A program made the translations under genes and the position numbers. From the IMG/VR virus record IMGVR_UViG_2816332408_000001, positions 45,191-65,190 of that record: 20,000 nt of DNA, one strand, 5' to 3'. Numbering within the stretch: position 1 is the stretch's first letter; every line of letters starts with the position of its first letter. Source of the DNA: an uncultured virus (IMG/VR IMGVR_UViG_2816332408_000001) (Duplodnaviria; Heunggongvirae; Uroviricota; Caudoviricetes). Positions 8,374-14,687 of the stretch are shown in pieces. A model generated the notes under the pieces. The model saw nothing but the letters and a program-made list of their open reading frames with translations, searched no databases and was not told the origin of the DNA.

Positions 8374-9335
8374 TAGAAGAGCTCCGCGCTGCGCACCCTG
8401 AACGTCGGGCTGGCGTTGGCATTCATAAGGCTGTTGACCACACCGAACGCCCAAAGGTTGTATGCAGCGCGTGACTCATAGATCTGGCTTAGGCGTTCGT
8501 AGGTGAACCCGTTGTCCTCTAGCGTCTTATAGACGTAGTCACATTCAACTTGCGACAAGGTTGTGGCGTGCTGTCCCCAATCGTGCCTCGACGGGGACTT
8601 CTCTGAGACCGACATTGGCATAGCAGGGTTCTTGGCGCTAATGCCCGGCATGATAATACTGCCGAACGCTGCGCTCTGGATCCAGGAGGACGAGTCGCAG
8701 CTATACCACGGATAGGCCTCCATGATCGGAACGGCAGTGATGCCGAAGCCATGCACCTTAACCCTTGGGCGCCCTGCACCGTCAGTGAGGTATTTGTCCC
8801 ACATACGGTCGAGCCAGACCATTAGCTGGGCGGTGCTGCTCCCGACCATGCCACCGAGCGTGATATAGTCGTATTCGTTCACATACCGCTCGAGGTAATG
8901 CTCGGGTTCCCCAGCGTGGAAGCATGGGAGGGGGCGCCAGTCGAGACCGTAGCGTTCCCGGAACTGGCGCTCCATCTCTTGCTGGTTCCGCCACGTCTCG
9001 TCTGCGTCACCGATACCGTCGAGCACCGACGCCATCATGTTGCCCGGTCCCTCACCGCGTATGATATCCCAATTGCGGACGATGTAGTCCACATAATCGC
9101 TCACCTCCAGCTTGATGCCCAAGGTGTATGCGGAGAACGCACCGCTATCGAGGAAGACCTGAGCGCCGAGGCGACGCATGTGGTCAACATAGGATTGCTT
9201 GCCAACGTAGTGCCACGACTCAAGGATGTGCGGGAGACCATTGACGATCTCCCGCTCCCGGTCGTTCAGCTTCACGTAGCGATTCATGCCCTCCATATAC
9301 GAGTTCGTATAGACGGCAGCCATGTAGATATCCAT
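8373..9335 (-). CDS. dpdA: DNA 7-deazaguanine transglycosylase (TGT-fold, phage DpdA-type) (320 aa)
   Basis: TGT-barrel motifs FLDSGAFSA, LDGIGD, PCFHAGE, LGGMVG, VHGFG and SCDSSSW. It lacks the CxCxxC zinc site of canonical tRNA TGTs and sits directly downstream of folE/queD/queC/queE. Confidence 0.85.
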   Translation of the reverse strand: MDIYMAAVYTNSYMEGMNRYVKLNDREREIVNGLPHILESWHYVGKQSYVDHMRRLGAQVFLDSGAFSAYTLGIKLEVSDYVDYIVRNWDIIRGEGPGNMMASVLDGIGDADETWRNQQEMERQFRERYGLDWRPLPCFHAGEPEHYLERYVNEYDYITLGGMVGSSTAQLMVWLDRMWDKYLTDGAGRPRVKVHGFGITAVPIMEAYPWYSCDSSSWIQSAAFGSIIMPGISAKNPAMPMSVSEKSPSRHDWGQHATTLSQVECDYVYKTLEDNGFTYERLSQIYESRAAYNLWAFGVVNSLMNANASPTFRVRSAELF

Positions 9336-9352
9336 GACGCTACGTTACCCCA

Positions 9353-10240
9353 TTAGCGCGCGAGCTGCAAGAACTCATTGCGGACAGCGGGGTCATCCTT
9401 GAACAGACCCCGAAGGGCACTGGTCGACGTCTCCGAGCCTTGCTTGCAGATCCCTCGGGACTCCATGCAAAGGTGGCGGGCGGTGATAACGACACCGCAG
9501 CCCAGCGCGCCAAGGTGATCCATGATCGCGTCCGCAACCTGACACCCGAGCCGCTCCTGCACTTGCAGACGCTTGGCGTAGATGTCCAACAGACGCGACA
9601 GCTTCGACAGGCCAACGATCTTCTTGTTCGGGAGATAGCCGATGGTCGCCGTGCCGAAGAACGGTGCCATATGATGCTCGCAGTGCGTATAGAAGGGGAT
9701 GTTCTTCACGACGACCATCTCGTCCACACCCTCGGCGCCGTCCTCGAACGTCTTCAGGATGTCGGCGGGGTCCTTGTCATATCCGCTGCACCATTCCTTC
9801 CACGCCTTGGCAACCCGTGCGGGGGTTTCCGCCAGACCGCCTCGGTCGGGGTTCTCGCCGACGTATTGCAGCAGGCGAACGATATGGTCCTCGATGCCCT
9901 TGGACCCGTTGCCTTCCCACGGCCAGACGACCCATGCGTCTCCGTGCGCCCAGCTACGCTTGTCGATAAGCGCGTAGAACGGCTTGTCGGGGAAGCGTTC
10001 CATCGTGCGACCCGTGTCGATTAGGTCATCGATGATAGCGTCCGCCTTGGTCCAGTCCTCTTCCACAACGAACACCGAGTCGTCATCGAGCGCGAACACT
10101 GCGAGGCGCGCCGGGATGCCACCAGTGGGCACCGCGTAGAGCTTGATCGGCCGTGTAGTCGGGAAGTCGGTGAGCAGCTTGTTCTGAACCTCCCCAGCCA
10201 GATCGAGGACGCTCATCGTATCATAGGTCTGCTCAGCCAT
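9353..10240 (-). CDS. folE: GTP cyclohydrolase I (FolE) fused to an N-terminal type I phosphoribosyltransferase domain (295 aa)
   Basis: Real start is ATG 10240 (RBS GGAG, overlapping the queD end). The C-terminal ~180 aa have FolE motifs GLAETPARVA, CEHHMAPFFG, GLSKLSR, RLQVQERL, HLCMESRG. The N-terminal ~110 aa have PRTase motifs AVPTGG, IIDDLIDTGRTM (PRPP loop) and WVVWPWE. Confidence 0.92.
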   Translation of the reverse strand: MAEQTYDTMSVLDLAGEVQNKLLTDFPTTRPIKLYAVPTGGIPARLAVFALDDDSVFVVEEDWTKADAIIDDLIDTGRTMERFPDKPFYALIDKRSWAHGDAWVVWPWEGNGSKGIEDHIVRLLQYVGENPDRGGLAETPARVAKAWKEWCSGYDKDPADILKTFEDGAEGVDEMVVVKNIPFYTHCEHHMAPFFGTATIGYLPNKKIVGLSKLSRLLDIYAKRLQVQERLGCQVADAIMDHLGALGCGVVITARHLCMESRGICKQGSETSTSALRGLFKDDPAVRNEFLQLAR

Positions 10241-10703
10241 TGTTCTCTCCGTAGTAAATGGCGCTGTTGGCGCCGTGTTCGCGAACTTCGACAGACACAA
10301 GGCGCAAGCCCCGGATGTCGCACTCGAGGGGCATTGCATCGCCCAGCCACGTATCGACGCGGTCATAGACGAACTTGGCGAACCCTTCGCACCCGACGAA
10401 CGGGAGCACAAGGATCGGGGTGAACCCGCACTTCTCGTAGAGGGCTTGGAAGTCCGCCAGGAACGGGTCGTGCTCCGCCAGGATCATCCGATGGTCGAAG
10501 TTGTCCACCAGCCATTGCTTGATGGGCTTCAACCCGCCGAAGTCGATCACCCAATTGTCCCGGTCGAGGGTGTGGGCACTGAACGTCAGCTTGAACGACA
10601 GGGGGTAGCCATGGGGGTTGCAGCAATGGCTGAGCGCCTTCGGCTGGCGGAACGTAGCGGCGAGCCCGAGGTTGTGGTCATAGGTTTTCGTGACTGAATA
10701 CAC
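10233..10703 (-). CDS. queD: 6-carboxy-5,6,7,8-tetrahydropterin synthase (QueD) (156 aa)
   Basis: T-fold motifs HCCNPHGY, VIDFGGLK, FDH, EGFA and VREHGANSAIY, plus cluster context. Confidence 0.9.
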   Translation of the reverse strand: MYSVTKTYDHNLGLAATFRQPKALSHCCNPHGYPLSFKLTFSAHTLDRDNWVIDFGGLKPIKQWLVDNFDHRMILAEHDPFLADFQALYEKCGFTPILVLPFVGCEGFAKFVYDRVDTWLGDAMPLECDIRGLRLVSVEVREHGANSAIYYGENNG

Positions 10704-10705
10704 GG

Positions 10706-12118
10706 TTAGCTATCCTTCCGAGCATACTGAAGGGGATCCTCCAGTCCGTTAATGGTATAGGCGGTCTTGCGCATAAAGCAAGGGCCGCAAGTGCCGCAGT
10801 GGACGGGTCCGCTGCGATAGCAGCTCCACGTTAGCCCCATGGGCGCCCCGAGCTGCTCGCCGAGTGCGACGATCTCGTGCTTCATCAGGTTGCCGACAGG
10901 CATGACCACACTGAGTCGCTTCCCGTCGCCCACCGCGAACGGCAACATCTCGTTGAAGCGGTTAATGAACTCAGGCTCGTTGTCGGGGTAGGCACCCGCT
11001 TCCTCGAGGTTGTTCCCCAGCCCGATCAGGTCGAACCCTTTGGCTTCCGCGTAGGCAGTCGCAAGGGAGAGCATAACGAGGTTCCGGGCAGGAACCCATT
11101 CATGAGCGAATTCAGCACCCGCTTCGCCTCCAGCGATTTCGCTGTCCGCCTGGAGTAGCGGGCTGTCTTCTTTGTCATAGATCCCCATCGGCAGGACGTG
11201 GAGCGGAACTTGCATAGCGTTGGAGACCGCCATGATAGCAGCATACTCAGGTGACTCAGCGCGCGAGCCATATTGGAAGTGCAGCAAGTGGACGTCGCAC
11301 CCGTCGGCCTGTAGGGCCTTTGCAGCGACGACGCTGTCCATGCCACCGCTACAGACGACCAGCGCCTTTCGCCCCTGTAGCACGGCGGGATCGAGGCGGT
11401 GCGCGTGCATGGGGGTGAACCGCCAGGCGCTGTAGGGTGGCACCATCTGCGGCGCGAACCCTGCCGGGAAGTAGTCCTTGGACGACGCGAAGAAGCACGC
11501 TCCGTCGAGCCACGCATACCAGATCGGACGATAGTTGCACGCCGCGAACACGACACCCGGATAATGGTCGTGCGTTGCGAGGATCGCATAGCTTCCTTTC
11601 AGGTGTGACACCATGTTGAAGAACGTGGCGCTGAGCTCTGTCTCGGTAGCGGTGTCGTTCGTCTCGTCCCGCGCAAGGAACTCAGCAATCGCAGCACTGT
11701 CGACGCCGGTTGGCAGCTTCTGCCCCGCGAAGTGATTGCGCAGTTCGTGATCGTTGGCGATCGTTCCGTTGTGAACGACGTTCCACCCGCCGGCGCGATA
11801 GGGTTGCTGGTCGAACTCCCGCTTCTCCGCAACGTATTCGGTCGTCGGCTCTGCGCGGAGGTTGCCGATGATACCGCCCTGATGGATAGGGTGCATCTCG
11901 TCGAAGAAATCGTTGCGACCGTGCAAGCTATTGCGTTCGACAGACTTGCGCTCGAAGTTGTATCCGGTCGAGTGCCCTCGGTCCTCCTGGACATGGTATC
12001 CCCAGCCGTCCCGCCCCCGCTCACCCGACGCGACCATAATCTGATTCATGATCTGATTCGTTCGGGTGACGTGCATAGGCGACATGCCCCATACGAGGCA
12101 TCCAAAGATTGCGCACAT
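10706..12118 (-). CDS. queC: Glutamine amidotransferase (Ntn class II)-QueC fusion, Gat-QueC (470 aa)
   Basis: N-terminal nucleophile Cys2 (MCAIFG) with RGRDGWG, HNGTIAN and VDS. The C-terminal QueC domain has the PP-loop SGGMDS, VPARNL, YPD and the Zn site TWSCY..HCGTCGPC. Confidence 0.93.
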   Translation of the reverse strand: MCAIFGCLVWGMSPMHVTRTNQIMNQIMVASGERGRDGWGYHVQEDRGHSTGYNFERKSVERNSLHGRNDFFDEMHPIHQGGIIGNLRAEPTTEYVAEKREFDQQPYRAGGWNVVHNGTIANDHELRNHFAGQKLPTGVDSAAIAEFLARDETNDTATETELSATFFNMVSHLKGSYAILATHDHYPGVVFAACNYRPIWYAWLDGACFFASSKDYFPAGFAPQMVPPYSAWRFTPMHAHRLDPAVLQGRKALVVCSGGMDSVVAAKALQADGCDVHLLHFQYGSRAESPEYAAIMAVSNAMQVPLHVLPMGIYDKEDSPLLQADSEIAGGEAGAEFAHEWVPARNLVMLSLATAYAEAKGFDLIGLGNNLEEAGAYPDNEPEFINRFNEMLPFAVGDGKRLSVVMPVGNLMKHEIVALGEQLGAPMGLTWSCYRSGPVHCGTCGPCFMRKTAYTINGLEDPLQYARKDS

Positions 12119-12119
12119 A

Positions 12120-12836
12120 TTATTCGACTCCGATGTATTTGTGAACCTGGAGCTGGAGGATGTAGCCGTGCGCTAAGCTCGACTCGACCGCCGCAGCGGT
12201 GTTCCGCGCGTTGATGGACGTGTTCTTGTCGTCCTGAGGCTGGATGTAGNCCAGTCCGTCCCAGCCGTAGGGCGGTCGCGCGGGGTAGGGGTTGGAGCGG
12301 TGCCCCAGCGCGTTCTTCGGCAGACCGTCGGTGTGCTCGTCCCCTGCCTGCACGACATACTTCAGGGCGCACGCGGCCTCCAGCGCCAGCGGGTTGAGCT
12401 TGCCCGTCTTGGGGCTCACAACAAGATACGCACCCCGCCGCGCACCGATATCACGGTTCCAGGGCAGCATCGGCGGGTTCATGGTGCCGTTGCTTTCGAC
12501 CTGCACGAAGAACCCGTTATGGATGAGCATGTCGATCAGCTCACCGATGTGCTGCCTGAACGGTTCGCCGCCGGTGATGACCACAAGCCCAGGGTCCGGG
12601 CGCTGCCATTCGTCACGGACCGCTAACACGATTGCGCGCGGTTCCAGGATCAGTCTGTGGGAGGTGTAGTCAGTGTCGCAGGACGGACACTGGAGGTTGC
12701 ATCCCGCTAGGCGGACAAAGACGCAAGGGGTGCCGCAGAAAGGGCCCTCGCCCTGTATCGTCTTGAAGATGCTGTGGATCTGGAGCGTCCCCTCATAGGA
12801 GGGTTCACGCTTCTCGATGGGTTGCTGGTTTATCAC
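12120..12836 (-). CDS. queE: 7-carboxy-7-deazaguanine synthase, radical SAM (QueE)
   Basis: Motifs FKTIQGEG, RLAGCNLQCPSCDT (CxxxCxxC), ITGGEP, ESNG, VSPK, QVHK. The GTG at 12836 has GGAGG just upstream; an alternative ATG is at 12863. Confidence 0.93.
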   Translation of the reverse strand: MINQQPIEKREPSYEGTLQIHSIFKTIQGEGPFCGTPCVFVRLAGCNLQCPSCDTDYTSHRLILEPRAIVLAVRDEWQRPDPGLVVITGGEPFRQHIGELIDMLIHNGFFVQVESNGTMNPPMLPWNRDIGARRGAYLVVSPKTGKLNPLALEAACALKYVVQAGDEHTDGLPKNALGHRSNPYPARPPYGWDGLXYIQPQDDKNTSINARNTAAAVESSLAHGYILQLQVHKYIGVE

Positions 12837-12863
12837 GGTTCCTCCGGAGGTGGCTAGACGCAT

Positions 12864-12893
12864 AGCCTAGCAGGTTTCGGGGCATAAAGTAAA
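12864..12893 (-). promoter_or_regulatory. Putative sigma70-type promoter for the que/dpdA/clamp/pol operon
   Basis: On the - strand: TTTACT, 18-bp spacer, TAGGCT, with an extended -10 TG (TGcTAGGCT). The -35 overlaps the U-tract of the upstream terminator. Confidence 0.45.
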
Positions 12894-12923
12894 GCCCCGC
12901 GCACCATTTCTGATGCGCGGGGC
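12886..12923 (-). terminator. Rho-independent terminator
   Basis: The - strand reads GCCCCGCGCAUCA-GAAA-UGGUGCGCGGGGC followed by UUUACUUU: a 13-bp stem with a GNRA loop, 20 nt after the stop of the 12944-13504 gene. Confidence 0.85.
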
Positions 12924-12943
12924 GAGCAGCCGAAGCTGTCAGG

Positions 12944-13504
12944 TTACGCCTGCGGCGCTTCCGGGGCGACCGGCGGAGCGGCGGGAGCTTCCGGAGCCGC
13001 AGCGGGCTTCGGACCTTCCACGCGGCCGGTGACACCGAAGAACTTCCGCCAGCGGGCGTATTCGGCGCGGACGTTCGCCTCGTTCAGGCCCTTGGCCTTG
13101 GCGATCTCCATCGACTCGGAGATGGAAGCGGGCGAACCGTTCTTGGCGGAGACCTCGTCGAAGATCGCCCAGGCCTGACCGCAGAGACCGTCGGGCTTCG
13201 GACGGCGGATGCCGTTCTGTTCCGGCTGACGGGCAGCTTCGCGGGCAGCAACGGCGTCGGCCTTGGCCTTCTCCTTGGCTTCCTGCGCAGCGACCTTCTC
13301 GGCCTGCTTCTTCTCGGCGGCAGCCTTCTTCTCGGCTTCCTTGGCTTCCTTGGCAGCGGTCTTCTCCGCTTCCTTCTTGGCCTTGGCTTCCGCAGCCGCC
13401 TGCTTCTTGGCGGCGGCCTCGTCGGCCTTCTTCTGCGCGGCGGCCTGCTTGGCAGCTTCCGCTTCGGCAGCGGCGGTTGCCGCAGCTTGCTCTTCCGTGC
13501 TCAT
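12944..13504 (-). CDS. Ala/Lys/Glu-rich coiled-coil protein with a C-terminal helical, possibly DNA-binding domain (186 aa)
   Basis: ATG 13504 with RBS GGAG. It has a long AAEAKAKKEAEK-type low-complexity helix, then a compact domain (GLCGQAWAIFDE...RAEYARWRKFFG) and a Pro/Ala tail. It has its own promoter and terminator. Confidence 0.8.
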   Translation of the reverse strand: MSTEEQAAATAAAEAEAAKQAAAQKKADEAAAKKQAAAEAKAKKEAEKTAAKEAKEAEKKAAAEKKQAEKVAAQEAKEKAKADAVAAREAARQPEQNGIRRPKPDGLCGQAWAIFDEVSAKNGSPASISESMEIAKAKGLNEANVRAEYARWRKFFGVTGRVEGPKPAAAPEAPAAPPVAPEAPQA

Positions 13505-13544
13505 TTCAATCTCCATCAAATGGTTGCCCGATATGGACAATGTT

Positions 13545-13573
13545 GTGTTAGCATTCCGAAAGGGCGAATGCAA
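13545..13573 (-). promoter_or_regulatory. Putative sigma70-type promoter with an overlapping inverted repeat
   Basis: On the - strand: TTGCAT, 17-bp spacer, TAACAC with an extended TG. The inverted repeat GCATTC-N9-GAATGC (13551-13571) spans the spacer. Confidence 0.55.
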
Positions 13574-13581
13574 CCCCTAAT

Positions 13582-14304
13582 TTAGCCCAAGCGAGCTTTC
13601 ATCCAGTTACCGAGTTCATTGCTTGAGCTAGTCTTCTTCACGCCGTGCTTTTCCTCAAGGATGCCCATCATCTGCTTCCGCAATGCCAGCACGACAGGGA
13701 CGTCGGTGGGAGACCCCGCTGCGGCCCACATTTCGTCTGCCACCGACCATATAACCGGCCGCACGCTAGACGCACGCGCTTTCGGGGCTGCGCTGGCGCT
13801 GGGGGCAGGGGCAACGGGTGTCGGTGCTTTGGGGGCGGTGCGGGGTGATCGGTGCTGTGGGGCCAGCGTAGCGGCCTTGTGCTTGTCCACCGCGTCTAGA
13901 GGTTTACAGTGCAGCGGGAACAGCTCCATGGCTTGCGCAGGCTTCTTCGCCCCGAGCGCATACTTCCACGCGATGCCGTTGTAGAGGTCGTCTTCCACTG
14001 CCTTCACTTGCGCTTCAACCTCGTCATGCAGAGCGAGGGTCGGAGGCATGTGGTCAGCAACGATCATCGCCAGCATCTGCCGAAGCACCATGTCATCCGA
14101 CCCGGTGACATCCTCCCCGGTCGTATTGCGATACAGCATCCGAATCTCCAGCGGCGTCATGCCCAGCAGGAAGTTCGGGTTGTTGACGTTCTCGTTGCGA
14201 ACGCTGTGGTGCGGAGCCTCAAGGAACGACAAGCCGTTCAGCGTGAACTGATCGTGGTGCTTGTGCAGGAACTGGAGAGTGTCCATATCGATAGAGACGA
14301 ACAT
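13582..14304 (-). CDS. Hypothetical protein (240 aa) with Pro/Ala linker and C-terminal helical domain
   Basis: Long ORF translationally coupled to the upstream gene (TAATG) and co-oriented with the operon. Confidence 0.8.
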   Translation of the reverse strand: MFVSIDMDTLQFLHKHHDQFTLNGLSFLEAPHHSVRNENVNNPNFLLGMTPLEIRMLYRNTTGEDVTGSDDMVLRQMLAMIVADHMPPTLALHDEVEAQVKAVEDDLYNGIAWKYALGAKKPAQAMELFPLHCKPLDAVDKHKAATLAPQHRSPRTAPKAPTPVAPAPSASAAPKARASSVRPVIWSVADEMWAAAGSPTDVPVVLALRKQMMGILEEKHGVKKTSSSNELGNWMKARLG

Positions 14305-14495
14305 TAGAGTTTCACCGGGAATCGCTCGAGAGCATTTGCAGCATCCCGGAGCTTGTGTTGACAGTCAGCCAGCACCTCAGGCGTCATCCCGCCGTCGTGT
14401 GCTGCCATAAGGACGCGGCGGTCCACATCCTGGATGGACGCCTGCACATTGGCAAGCGTCCAAGCGAAGCGGGAAATCTTCTTCTCTTCGTCCAT
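14304..14495 (-). CDS. Hypothetical protein (63 aa)
   Basis: TAATG coupling at both ends; AAGGGA upstream. Confidence 0.7.
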   Translation of the reverse strand: MDEEKKISRFAWTLANVQASIQDVDRRVLMAAHDGGMTPEVLADCQHKLRDAANALERFPVKL

Positions 14496-14629
14496 TATGC
14501 GTATCCCTTGATGACTTCGTTGAACGGCTTGGCACGCACATTCTTGGCACCGAGCAGGTTCTGCAGGTCGCGGACGCGCATCATATAGATGCGTTCTTGC
14601 GCTGCCTGAGTGAGTTTCGTCTGTGCCAT
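14495..14629 (-). CDS. Hypothetical protein (44 aa)
   Basis: MAQTKLTQAAQERIYMMRVRDLQNLLGAKNVRAKPFNEVIKGYA, with a strong RBS AAGGAG 7 nt upstream; its stop overlaps the next ATG. Confidence 0.7.
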   Translation of the reverse strand: MAQTKLTQAAQERIYMMRVRDLQNLLGAKNVRAKPFNEVIKGYA

Positions 14630-14651
14630 TGTGCGTCTCCTTGTTGCACCC

Positions 14652-14679
14652 CTTTTACAGGAGTTCCAAACAGACGCAA
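14652..14679 (-). promoter_or_regulatory. Putative sigma70-type promoter
   Basis: On the - strand: TTGCGT, 16-bp spacer, TAAAAG, preceded by the AT-rich TAAAATAAT, in the intergenic gap after the helicase. Confidence 0.4.
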
Positions 14680-14687
14680 GCATTATT

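Noticed and set aside
8373..9335. Annotation as queuine tRNA-ribosyltransferase (tgt) for tRNA queuosine synthesis
   Set aside because: It lacks the TGT zinc-binding Cys motif, no queF/queA/queG or tRNA genes are in the window, and the context next to replication genes fits DNA-acting DpdA.
10241..10411. Extended N-terminus of the FolE ORF as given in the track (start 10411)
   Set aside because: It overlaps queD by ~180 nt; ATG 10240 has a proper RBS and a normal short overlap.
2724..12250. Ambiguous bases at 2724, 3490, 5786 and 12250 as possible frameshifts or hypervariable sites
   Set aside because: Each single N preserves the reading frame, so they are most simply assembly/consensus ambiguities. 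No template/variable repeat pair or reverse transcriptase indicating a DGR was seen.
13240..13500. TolA or histone H1 homology of the Ala/Lys-rich protein
   Set aside because: The similarity is compositional only; there is no transmembrane anchor or diagnostic globular domain.
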